Shown one piece after another: positions 55,568-64,000 of a DNA stretch of 64,000 nt. The translations under genes and the position numbers were made by a program. Each line of letters opens with the position of its first letter. Within the stretch, counting starts at the first letter, position 1. The stretch spans positions 3,790,849 to 3,854,848 of the forward strand of contig OZ220699.1 of NCBI GenBank assembly GCA_965116565.1, given 5' to 3'. A model generated the notes under the pieces. That model searched no databases. It was given only the letters and a program-made list of their open reading frames with translations, and had not been told where the DNA came from. The DNA is from Dehalococcoidia bacterium. Its GTDB lineage: Bacteria > Chloroflexota > Dehalococcoidia > Lucifugimonadales > UBA3495.

Positions 55568-55811
55568 CGATCCGTCCTCCTGGCAGGGGGTGACGCCGGT
55601 CGGCAGGACCGCTAAATCCCCAGAACGCCGTTAGCCTATCCACCAACTGCTCGCGGGACGTTGCCCTGCCATGACCGCCGTCGACCCGGTCAATATACCA
55701 CCAGGCACGGCGTTGGCCGTTCCTGTTGACGGGCACTCAAGCGGAGGCGATGATGTGCCGGCTGTCGAACGAGAGGCGCAGCGCCATCAATCCCATCGCA
55801 GAGGGAACACC

Positions 55812-57341
55812 ATGCCACTCACCAGTCAGGAACTGCAATCGAAACTCTGGCAGGCCGCCGACATCCTGCGCGGCCAGATCGACTCGGCGGACTACAAGAA
55901 CTACATCTTCTCGATGCTGTTCCTGAAGCGGTTGTCCGACCGGTTCGACGAGGAGGTGGCGATCGCCGTCGCTGCGGGCGTGCCCCAGGCCGCCGCCGTG
56001 GCCGACCCCGACGAGCACCAGTTCGCGGTGCCAGAATCCGCCCACTGGAGCCGGATCGTCAAGGCGACCATGAACCTGGGCGAGGCGCTGAACATCGCCA
56101 GCCACGAGATCGAGGACGCCAACGCCGGCCGCATCGACGGCGTGCTCACCGGCACCAACTGGAACGACGAGTCCAAGCTGGGCAGCCCCGCCAACCGCGA
56201 GCGCATCATCCGCAACCTGCTGAACCATTTCAGCGACCTGGACCTGCGGGATGCCAACTTCGCCACCGACGGCGAGGGCACCGGCAACGTGTTGGGCGAC
56301 GCCTACGAGTACCTCATCTACCAGTTCGCGGATGATGCGGGAAAGAAAGGGGGCGAGTTCTACACGCCGCGCTCGGTCGTTCGCCTGCTCGTGGAGCTGT
56401 TGCAGCCCAGGGAGGGTATGCGCATCTGCGATCCGACTTTCGGCTCGGCGGGTATGCTCATTTTCGCCGCAGACTACGTGGAGGAGCACGAAGGCAATAG
56501 CCACAACCTGGTCCTGGAAGGGCAGGAGCGGAATCTGGGCACCTTCGCCATCGGCAAGCTCAATATGCTGCTGCACGGTCTGGCGTCGGCGTGGCTGGTG
56601 CCTGGCGACGTCATCGCCGAACCCGGCCTGGTGGACCCGCAGGGGCGGCTTCTATCCTACGACCGGGTCATCGCCAATCCGCCCTTCAGCATGAAGAACT
56701 GGGGCCACGATTTCGCGCCGTCCGATCCGCACCACCGTTTCGACCGCTACGGAGCCATACCGCCACGGACCCGCGGCGATCTGGCCTTCCTGCTGCACAT
56801 GCTGGGCGTGACCAACGCGGAGGGCATGGTGGGCGTGGTGATGCCCCACGGCGTCCTGTTCCGCGGCGGCGCGGAGGGCAAGATACGCAAGGGTATCGTG
56901 GACGCCGACCTGTTCGAGGCGATCATCGGCCTCGCGCCCAACCTGTTCTTCGGCGCCAGCATACCGGTGTCCATCTGCGTGCTGAACAAGGCCAAGCCGG
57001 CGGAGCGCCGCGGCAAGGTGCTATTCGTCGATGCTGCGCAGGATGGCTACTACCGGCCGGGCAAGGCGCAGAACTTCCTGGACCAGGAACATATCGACCA
57101 CATAGTCAGCGCGTTCCAGGCATACGAGGACATCGAGCGGTTCGCCCACGTCGCCGACCTGGAGGAGATCACCGGCAACGACTACAACCTGAACATCAGC
57201 CGGTACGTGGACACCACGGAACCGGTGGAAGTGATGAGCGTGGAGGACGCGCTCGCCCAGTTGAGCGACGCGGAGCGCCGCCGCGACGAAGCGGTCGCCC
57301 GCATGGACGAACTGCTGGCCGGCATGGGTTACACGCGCTAG
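55812..57341 (+). CDS. hsdM: Type I restriction-modification system methyltransferase subunit HsdM
   Basis: MPLTSQELQSKLWQAADILRG (HsdM N-domain), CDPTFGSAGML (motif I), VIANPPFSMKNWG (NPPF motif IV). Confidence 0.9.
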   Translation: MPLTSQELQSKLWQAADILRGQIDSADYKNYIFSMLFLKRLSDRFDEEVAIAVAAGVPQAAAVADPDEHQFAVPESAHWSRIVKATMNLGEALNIASHEIEDANAGRIDGVLTGTNWNDESKLGSPANRERIIRNLLNHFSDLDLRDANFATDGEGTGNVLGDAYEYLIYQFADDAGKKGGEFYTPRSVVRLLVELLQPREGMRICDPTFGSAGMLIFAADYVEEHEGNSHNLVLEGQERNLGTFAIGKLNMLLHGLASAWLVPGDVIAEPGLVDPQGRLLSYDRVIANPPFSMKNWGHDFAPSDPHHRFDRYGAIPPRTRGDLAFLLHMLGVTNAEGMVGVVMPHGVLFRGGAEGKIRKGIVDADLFEAIIGLAPNLFFGASIPVSICVLNKAKPAERRGKVLFVDAAQDGYYRPGKAQNFLDQEHIDHIVSAFQAYEDIERFAHVADLEEITGNDYNLNISRYVDTTEPVEVMSVEDALAQLSDAERRRDEAVARMDELLAGMGYTR

Positions 57342-57829
57342 CGATGCAGCATCGTCTGAGATTTTCGACTCCTTCACGTCGCCTTTTGACCGCTTAGCTT
57401 CAAGGAGTGCTGTTGATGAACACGGACCGACACACGGCAATCCTTGAACTTTGCGAAGCTGCGGAGTATGTGCTCTTCCAAATCCCATTAGAGATTGTGT
57501 CCTCACGGGAACATCACTTCGCTCAAGCCAACCTCTGGGCTTTGGAGATCGAGAGCACATGCAGCCAAGTCATACAGTATTACAGGGCGATCTCCATTCT
57601 CATCAACCAAGAACTACCCCGCCCCGCTGCGGCTCTCGCTAGGAGCATCCACGAAGCCTGTTTCCGGCTCAACTACTTGGAAGATCATGCTTTTGAATTG
57701 AAAGATTGGGAAAAATGGCAAATCGCCAGGGACTATCAAATCATTCAGGACTATCTGCTGCATGGGGATGTTGAGGACGAGGACTATAAGCGAAACTTAG
57801 AGGACAGGTTGAAGTTCTGGGAATGCTTG

Positions 57830-59310
57830 CTAGCAGCCTGTCCGAGGATTGGTCATTGGGGGTGATGGAGGCGTATCCGGACCGGTGAGTTATGCTGCCT
57901 GGGCGCTGTGCCATCGTGGATTGACTATGGAGCTGCCGAACTTGAAGAGATTCAGCAGGTTGTGGCCGGTGCAGATCAGCGACCACTCGCCCTGAACCTT
58001 CTGCAGCCCACGCAGCAGGAACTGCCGGAATCCTCGACCCTGCTTGATCTGGCCGAAGACCGGCTCCACGGTGGCCATGCGTAACGCGTAGCGTTGGCGA
58101 CCTCGTTTGGTCTGCAACTTGCGCCGCATCCGGTCCCTGGGGGAGAGAGCCTTGGGGATACGTCCTTTGGGCGCGGGCGGTGGCTTGTGGCCGTGCCGGG
58201 TCTTCTCCGGCGCGACGAACGGGTCTGTGCCCAAAGCGTGCAAATCGTCGATCACCTGGGCCGAGTAGTATCCCGCATCGGCAGATACCTCTCTGGGCAC
58301 CGCGCCGACATTGTCGATAGTCTCTGCGATCATCACCACCGCCTGCTGCTTGTCCGAGGTCAGGTTGGTGGCCCGGGCCGCAATGATCACCTGATACTCG
58401 TGATCCACCACCGCCTGGCAGTTATAGGCCTGCAGGAAGTCCCGTCCACCGGGACCGGGCATGATGCGAGACCCCGGGTCGGTGAAGTTGCGCTGGGCCT
58501 TGTCCTCGGGCACACCGGAATGCTCCCTGCCTGCTGCGTCAGCTTCCTCGGCAGCAGCCTGGGCCTCAGCCTCCATTGCCGCCATGGCCTCCCGGATCCT
58601 CTCCAAACGGCCCTCCCGAAAGGACAACTCCTCCGGCAACTCGTCGCCGCGCTTGTCCCTGCCGTAGCGTTTGTCTTCCTCCTCATCCACCTCCTGGGCC
58701 CGCCGCAGCAACTCATCCACCTCCCCCTGCAACTCCTCTTCCTTCTCTTTCATCCGCTGATAGCTCATGGCCTTGTGTTTCGATGCGTTGGCCCTCACCT
58801 TGGTCCCGTCCAGCGCCACGTGGCCCAGCTTCACCATCCCAGCACCCTGGCAAAACGCCAATACCTGCAGGAACAGCCCCGACAACGCCTCCAGATGGTC
58901 CTTCCTGAAGTCCGAGATGGTGCGGAAGTCCGGCGTGTTATTCGCCGCCAGCACCCGGAAGGCGATGTCCTCGTGCAACCTTTGGGCGATGCGCCGCGAC
59001 GACGGCACCCCGACGCAATAGGCGTAGAGCAGCACCTTCACCATCATCAGCGGATGGTAGGGCGGGCCGCCACGCCTTTCGCCCTCGTAGCGGGCCGTGA
59101 TCTCAGACAGGTCCAACTGGTCCACCATGTCGGAGATGAAATACGCCAGATGGTTCTCCGGCAGCCACTCCTGCAGTGCCTGGGGCAGCAGCAACTGCTG
59201 GTCGGGATCATATGGCAGGTAAGTCTTGCTCATCAATGGCTCCGCACAACTGGACTGCCCCCATCATACCTTTCCGGCCCGCCAACCGGGTTTCTCGGAC
59301 GGGCTGCTAG
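57830..59310 (-). mobile_element. IS1182-family insertion sequence (~1.48 kb)
   Basis: Terminal inverted repeats TAGCAGCCTGTCCGAGGA (57831-57848) and TAGCAGCCCGTCCGAGAA (reverse complement of 59292-59309), 16/18 identical. No clear target duplication. Confidence 0.75.
57890..59236 (-). CDS. IS1182-family (IS5-like DDE) transposase
   Basis: 448 aa. N-terminus ...LLLPQALQEWLPENHLAYFISDMVDQLDL, central coiled acidic linker, C-terminus DAGYYS...VEPVFGQIK..RGFRQFLLRGL. Confidence 0.85.
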   Translation of the reverse strand: MMSKTYLPYDPDQQLLLPQALQEWLPENHLAYFISDMVDQLDLSEITARYEGERRGGPPYHPLMMVKVLLYAYCVGVPSSRRIAQRLHEDIAFRVLAANNTPDFRTISDFRKDHLEALSGLFLQVLAFCQGAGMVKLGHVALDGTKVRANASKHKAMSYQRMKEKEEELQGEVDELLRRAQEVDEEEDKRYGRDKRGDELPEELSFREGRLERIREAMAAMEAEAQAAAEEADAAGREHSGVPEDKAQRNFTDPGSRIMPGPGGRDFLQAYNCQAVVDHEYQVIIAARATNLTSDKQQAVVMIAETIDNVGAVPREVSADAGYYSAQVIDDLHALGTDPFVAPEKTRHGHKPPPAPKGRIPKALSPRDRMRRKLQTKRGRQRYALRMATVEPVFGQIKQGRGFRQFLLRGLQKVQGEWSLICTGHNLLNLFKFGSSIVNPRWHSAQAA

Positions 59311-59784
59311 GCGGACGACCCAACCGTCGCGTTCCAAATTCGTGGAAGAACACCAATGAGTTGTTTCGCAACCTGCAAGCAGCCCTACCGGATGGCCGTG
59401 AGAAAAGACTAAGCCGGACGCTGATCGGTTTCTTTTCCGAGTTTGTTCATATCCGTAGGACGATAGAACCGCCTCCATCCTTCACGATGGCGACGGCCGA
59501 TTTCTGCGTATTGCTAACGATACGGCGCGCCATGGACCTGTGCCTGGGTCAAGGATTGCTTGCCGTCGACGACGGCGAATTGGCGAGTAGCGTCATGTCG
59601 CGGTGCGAAAATTTGCTCGAATCGGGGCTACAAAAATCGAGGTAGTGCTAATGCAGCGGCTAGTGGACGAACTGCTGGCGGGCATGGGTACACACGGTAG
59701 ATATCCACTGGCCGCGCATCGCTGACCATGGTCATGACCATTGTATAATGGTCGCAGGGCAAACCTGACCGCCCCACTGGAGCG

Positions 59785-60072
59785 TTGACCATGACCACCC
59801 ACAGCGCAGACACCGGCCAGAGCCGGACAATGAAGGCATCCGAGTTCAAGGCCAAGTGCCTGGGGCTGATGGACGAGGTGGCCGAGCACGGCGGCGAGAT
59901 CGTCATCACCAAGAACGGCAAGCCCGTGGCCAGGCTGACCGCCTACCACGAGCGCCCCAAGTCCCTGTTCGGCATCGACAAGGGGCGGCTGAAGATCACG
60001 GGCGACATCATCTCGCCCATCGACGTTGAATGGGAAGCCCAGTCCGACCCGGATCGGGTGCTCAACCCATGA
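59785..60072 (+). CDS. Phd/YefM-family antitoxin
   Basis: MKASEFKAKCLGLMDEVAEHGGEIVITKNGKPVARL. The start could be 59785 or 59830. Confidence 0.75.
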   Translation: MTMTTHSADTGQSRTMKASEFKAKCLGLMDEVAEHGGEIVITKNGKPVARLTAYHERPKSLFGIDKGRLKITGDIISPIDVEWEAQSDPDRVLNP

Positions 60073-60467
60073 TCCTTCTGGACACTCACGCCGCCCTCTG
60101 GTTGAGGGCCGGCGACGCCAGGCTGGGCCCGGTGGCTCGCGCCGAGATTGAACGGGCCTGGCAGGCGGCGGAAGTCGCCATGTCTGCCATCTCATTCTGG
60201 GAGATGGCGATGCTTCGAGAGAAGGGCCGCATAGAATACCCTGACGACGTGAGCCGGTGGCGGCTGGAGCAGTTGGGCCAAGGCCTGATCGAAATCCCCG
60301 TGGACGGCGAGATTGGCATCCGCGCCAACGAGTTAGCAGACTTCCACGCCGACCCGGCCGACCGCATCATCGTCGCCACCGGTATGAACGGTCACCGGCT
60401 GGTAACCGCCGACCGTCGCATCCTGGAATGGTTCGGCGGCCTGAGATGCGTGGACGCGGCGCGATGA
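60069..60467 (+). CDS. vapC: PIN-domain toxin VapC
   Basis: MILLDTHAALW...SAISFWEM...DPADRIIVAT... (acidic PIN residues). ATGA overlaps with both phd and hsdS. Confidence 0.8.
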   Translation: MILLDTHAALWLRAGDARLGPVARAEIERAWQAAEVAMSAISFWEMAMLREKGRIEYPDDVSRWRLEQLGQGLIEIPVDGEIGIRANELADFHADPADRIIVATGMNGHRLVTADRRILEWFGGLRCVDAAR

Positions 60468-61654
60468 GGACCGCGCGCAAAATATCCGCTGCCGATCTGC
60501 CGGACGGTTGGCGGATGGTTCGTCTAGGGGAATTTACCACGATAGGAGCCGGTAAGACTCCGACTTACTCTAACGATGATGGCGCCGTTCCGGTGATCGG
60601 GTCCAATGGGCGCATAGGTCTCACCGATAAGTCAAACTTTTCGAACGGCGTAGCGGTGGGACGAGTGGGAGCGAGCGGGTCTGTTCATCGCATCTCAGAG
60701 CCGGTTTGGCTATCGGACAATGTTTTGTTCGTTCAGCCTGACGCTGAGAAATGGGACGTATCATATTTATACAATGCCCTGCAATTGGCTCGCCTGCCGG
60801 ATCTAGCATCGAAGACCGCTCAACCCTTGTTGACGCAAACCAATTTAACCGGGATCAATTTGCTCCTTCCGCCCTTGCCCGAGCAGCGTGCCATCGCCGA
60901 CGTGCTGGACTCCATCGACGAGGCCATCGAGCGCACCGAGGCGGTCATCGCCGCCACCGAGACCCTGCGCGACTCCCTGCTCCACGAACTGCTCACCCGC
61001 GGCGTCCCCGGCTGGCACACCGAGTGGAAGGAGGTGCCCGGCATCGGCACCATCCCCGCCGACTGGGAGGTTGTGCGGCTGGGGGAGGTGATCCCGAAAT
61101 TCGATTACGGCACGTCCGTGCAATGCTTCAGCGAACCAATCGGTACGCCTGTGCTCCGCATACCCAATATCGCATCCGGTGACCTCAATCTTTCCGACCT
61201 GAAGTATGGCGACCTGAGTTCAAGTGAACTCGCAAAACTGCGCCTCGGCACAGGTGACATCCTTTTGGTGCGCACCAACGGCAATCCGGACATCTGTGGC
61301 CGATCCTGGGTGACACAAAAACTGCAGGGAGATTGGGCGTTCGCGTCGTATCTGGTTCGCGGCAGACCAGATCCATCGCGCGTCGAGCCTGCGTTCGTAG
61401 GGCACTTCCTGAAATCCGATGCCGGTCGTCGGTTGCTCAGGGGGCACATACGTACTTCGGCAGGGAATTACAACCTCAGCGTAGGCGAACTCGGCTCGAT
61501 ACCTTTCCCATGCCCACCGCTCTCTGAGCAGGAGCGCATAATTGACTCGGTCTCAAGTAACGCCGATCTGATTGAGGGTTTACGCATAGAATTAGGTAGA
61601 TTGAACTTGGCGAAAAACGCCACCTCCCATGTCCTCTTGAGTGGGCACGTCTGA
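60464..61654 (+). CDS. hsdS: Type I restriction-modification specificity subunit HsdS
   Basis: Two variable target-recognition halves separated by conserved LPPLPEQRAIADVLDSIDEAIE..., with a C-terminal PPLSEQERII.... The TRDs are AT-richer than the central conserved region. Confidence 0.85.
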   Translation: MRTARKISAADLPDGWRMVRLGEFTTIGAGKTPTYSNDDGAVPVIGSNGRIGLTDKSNFSNGVAVGRVGASGSVHRISEPVWLSDNVLFVQPDAEKWDVSYLYNALQLARLPDLASKTAQPLLTQTNLTGINLLLPPLPEQRAIADVLDSIDEAIERTEAVIAATETLRDSLLHELLTRGVPGWHTEWKEVPGIGTIPADWEVVRLGEVIPKFDYGTSVQCFSEPIGTPVLRIPNIASGDLNLSDLKYGDLSSSELAKLRLGTGDILLVRTNGNPDICGRSWVTQKLQGDWAFASYLVRGRPDPSRVEPAFVGHFLKSDAGRRLLRGHIRTSAGNYNLSVGELGSIPFPCPPLSEQERIIDSVSSNADLIEGLRIELGRLNLAKNATSHVLLSGHV

Positions 61655-61678
61655 GTAGCGAATCGATAACCAACCACC

Positions 61679-62629
61679 GTGGATTTTCGGAAGGATACGC
61701 ATATGGTCAGTCGATCATTGAACCCGATATTGGAAGAGATGTTTGCGCACGCCTATTCTAAACGTCTTCAAACTATCACGGAGCGTGCTAGCGCCGCTCC
61801 GTTCGCCGACCTGAGCAAGTCACTGGCGCGGTTGCAGACAGCCACCGCACCACAGTTCGCCGACCTGAGCAAGTCACTGGCGCGGTTGCAGACAGCCACC
61901 GCACCACAGTTCGCCGACCTGAGCAAGTCGCTGGCGCGATTGCAAACAGCCACCGCACCACAGTTCGCCGACCTGAGCAAGTCGCTGGCGCGATTGCAGA
62001 CAGCCACCGCACCACAGTTCGCCGACCTGAGCAAGTCACTGGCGCGATTGCAGACAGCCACCGCGCCACAGTTCGCCGACCTGAGCAAGTCACTGGCGAA
62101 GCTGCAGCGGTCCTCACAACCACCGGTGCCTAGGCAATGGTTTACCAACCCGGTTAGCGGGGTGATAGATAGGGTTCCAGAGGTAATCTCCCTCGCAGAC
62201 GCGGCGATCGCCGACGGGACTCGGTTTTGGCAGTTGCAGTTTGACTTTCTCGTGACCGATGGAGGGCTCCGCGAAGCTTGCAGGAATTTGTTCATGGATG
62301 GCTACCACGCCGAGGCCGTGAGAAATGCGTTCACTTACTTCGATAACTTGGTGAGAAACAAATCGGGCCAGGCGGAGAAGGATGGTGCCGATTTAATGCG
62401 TACTGCATTCAGCGTCAACAACCCGATACTTAGGTTCAACGACCTGAAGTCTCGTTCCGACAGGAACGAACAGCAAGGCTATATGGAAATGTGCGCGGGC
62501 GCGATGATCGGTATTAGGAATCCTCGATCCCATGAGCACAACTTTGTCGATGACCCTGAAGAAGCCCTAGAGATGCTGGTATTAGCTAATCACCTCGTCA
62601 GAAAGGTACACAAAACCGCGTTCAACTAG
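61679..62629 (+). CDS. Ymh/TIGR02391-type HEPN protein with six N-terminal 18-aa tandem repeats
   Basis: C-terminal ...AMIGIRNPRSHEH... (RNxxSH HEPN motif) and the family-typical FMDGYHAEAVRNAF. N-terminal repeats read FADLSKSLARLQTATAPQ. Confidence 0.75.
   Translation: MDFRKDTHMVSRSLNPILEEMFAHAYSKRLQTITERASAAPFADLSKSLARLQTATAPQFADLSKSLARLQTATAPQFADLSKSLARLQTATAPQFADLSKSLARLQTATAPQFADLSKSLARLQTATAPQFADLSKSLAKLQRSSQPPVPRQWFTNPVSGVIDRVPEVISLADAAIADGTRFWQLQFDFLVTDGGLREACRNLFMDGYHAEAVRNAFTYFDNLVRNKSGQAEKDGADLMRTAFSVNNPILRFNDLKSRSDRNEQQGYMEMCAGAMIGIRNPRSHEHNFVDDPEEALEMLVLANHLVRKVHKTAFN
61802..62125 (+). repeat. Six tandem 54-bp in-frame repeats
   Basis: Copies start at 61802, 61856, 61910, 61964, 62018 and 62072. 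Differences among copies 1-5 are all synonymous. Copy 6 diverges at its end. Confidence 0.9.
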
Positions 62630-62653
62630 TACCTCATCTAAGCGACCGCCAGA

Positions 62654-64000
62654 ATGACCACGCCCAACAAGCTCAACGAGTTCAACCACGCCGAGGACCC
62701 GGCCCGCCGGCTGCTGGAGCAGCTGGGCTGGACCTACGTGCCGGCGGAGCAGTTGGCGGCGGAACGCCCCAATGAGCGCGATGTGCTGCTCAAGGACCGG
62801 CTCCGGGCGGCGCTGCTACGGCTGAACGAAGGGCTGACCGGAGCGCAGGCCGAGCGGGTCATCTTCGACCTGGAACGCGCCGACGGCATCGGGATGGCGC
62901 GGAACCGGCTGGTGCATGAGTACCTGACCTACGGTATGACTCTGACGGTGGACGGCCCCAGCGGCAGGGATACGCGCACCGTCCGTTTCTTCGATTTCGA
63001 TGATCCCACGGGCGGGTTGAACGAGTTCGTGGTCACCACGCAGTTCCGCGTGCTGCGCGGCAACGAGAAGGGCGACCTCAATGACGACCAGCGCGTGGTC
63101 ATTCCCGACCTGGTGCTGTTCGTCAACGGCATCCCGCTGGTGGTGATGGAGGCCAAGTCGCCCACGCTGATGGACGTGTGGAAGACCCAGGCCGTCCGCC
63201 AGTTGCGTCGCTACCAGGAGGCCGAACCCCAATGGTCCGGCGCCGGCGCGCCGGCGCTGTTCCACTACAACCTGCTGTGCGTCGCGCACTGCGGGGCCGC
63301 CGCCGCGTTCTCGTCCCTGTACGCGCCGGAGAACGTGTACTCCGAGTGGAAGTCGGCGCTCCCGTACACGGAGCAGGAGGTGCGCGACCGTTTCGGCTTA
63401 GAACCCCAGGGCCAGGCCCAGTTAATCATCGGCCTGCTGTCGCCGTCGACGCTGCTGGACATCCTGCGGGACTACGTGGTCTATGAACTGGACAGCGGCA
63501 AGCTGGTTAAGAAGCTGCCGCGCTACCAGCAGTACCGGGCGGTCACCGCGGCCATGCAGCGGCTCACCGAGGGCCGGTGTCCTGAGGAACGCGGAGGCGT
63601 GGTGTGGCACACCCAGGGTTCCGGCAAGTCGCTAACCATGTTGTGGCTGGCCACCAAGCTGCGCCGAGAGCCGGCACTGAACAACCCGACCATCGTGGTG
63701 GTCACCGACCGCAAACAGTTGGACAGGCAGATCTCCGACACATTCCGTGCGTGTGGATTCCCGGCGCCCGAGCAAGCCGCCAGCGGAAACGACCTGCGCC
63801 GCCTGCTCACGTCCATCCCCGGCCGCACGGTGATGACCACCATCCAGAAGTTCGAGGAGGTGCTGGACACTCCCGACGGCAAACTGGACGCGCTCAACAC
63901 CGCCGACAACATCGTCGTGATGGTGGACGAGGCCCACCGCACCCAGTACGGCCTGCTGGGCACCATCCTGTCCAAGGCGCTGCCCAACGCCGTCCTGGTG
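62654..64000 (+). CDS. hsdR: Type I restriction enzyme R subunit HsdR (5' part, runs off window end)
   Basis: ATG at 62654. N-terminal nuclease-like region ...IPDLVLFVNGIPLVVMEAKS..., helicase motif I WHTQGSGKSLTM, motif II MVDEAHRTQ. Absent from the ORF track because there is no stop in the window. Confidence 0.85.
   Translation, partial: MTTPNKLNEFNHAEDPARRLLEQLGWTYVPAEQLAAERPNERDVLLKDRLRAALLRLNEGLTGAQAERVIFDLERADGIGMARNRLVHEYLTYGMTLTVDGPSGRDTRTVRFFDFDDPTGGLNEFVVTTQFRVLRGNEKGDLNDDQRVVIPDLVLFVNGIPLVVMEAKSPTLMDVWKTQAVRQLRRYQEAEPQWSGAGAPALFHYNLLCVAHCGAAAAFSSLYAPENVYSEWKSALPYTEQEVRDRFGLEPQGQAQLIIGLLSPSTLLDILRDYVVYELDSGKLVKKLPRYQQYRAVTAAMQRLTEGRCPEERGGVVWHTQGSGKSLTMLWLATKLRREPALNNPTIVVVTDRKQLDRQISDTFRACGFPAPEQAASGNDLRRLLTSIPGRTVMTTIQKFEEVLDTPDGKLDALNTADNIVVMVDEAHRTQYGLLGTILSKALPNAVLV

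Larger units (their letters stand above)
57407..59645 (+). pseudogene. DUF5677-like gene interrupted by an IS1182-family element
   Basis: The 5' part (57407..57829) ends on a codon boundary. Deleting 57830..59309 joins it in frame to 59310..59645, giving a 252-aa ORF. Confidence 0.6.

Noticed and set aside
55548-55736. 62-aa minus-strand ORF upstream of hsdM, possibly a frameshifted partner of 55292..55567.
   Set aside because: No motif is recognised. It overlaps the non-coding leader of the hsdM ORF, and the composition is unconvincing. I kept only the downstream 91-aa ORF, at low confidence.
61802-62125. CRISPR-like regular repeats.
   Set aside because: The units are contiguous with no spacers. 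They are in frame within a 316-aa ORF and differ only synonymously, so this is a protein-coding tandem repeat. The same logic excludes a CRISPR call for 37235-37442 (8-9-bp iterons) and 19811-21926 (710-bp gene cassettes).

Overview
High-GC bacterial chromosomal window. Backbone genes (Na/Pi transporter, NHL protein, ATP-grasp, HAD, YdeI-like, LLM oxidoreductase, hisA/hisH, PduO-type adenosyltransferase, L25, DUF3179 lipoprotein, phnDCEE, tRNA-Ser) are interrupted by many visibly AT-richer or mobile inserts. All family calls rest on motif recognition by eye; no searches were run and no att sites could be defined.

Main accessory content:
- 1.9-6.8 kb: cryptic prophage remnant with only TerL and portal, plus a type II R-M pair.
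- 7.0-9.2 kb: islet with a zinc-ribbon/Rx4H protein and a ParE-type TA pair.
- 12.8-16.3 kb: two-gene island, a RecQ helicase fused to a ComF-type PRTase, followed by a DprA/SLOG protein.
- 19.8-21.9 kb: three tandem 710-bp copies of a small-protein + DTGF retropepsin-like protease cassette, wedged between hisH and hisA.
- 32.4-49.1 kb: about 17 kb phage/plasmid-like element next to tRNA-Ser, with a Toprim replication protein, iteron array, HNH, ParB-like protein, a C5-methyltransferase with seven TRD-like repeats, an IS5-family IS and a stop-interrupted integrase.
- 46.9-55.2 kb: island of orphan genes bracketed by hairpin repeats.
- 55.8 kb to window end: type I R-M locus carrying an IS1182-disrupted gene, a phd/vapC pair coupled to hsdS, and a repeat-bearing Ymh-type HEPN gene.

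Best candidates for new biology: the triplicated protease cassette; the RecQ-PRTase/DprA pair; an in-frame TGA at the first Cys of the DUF3179 CxxC motif followed by a hairpin (possible selenoprotein).
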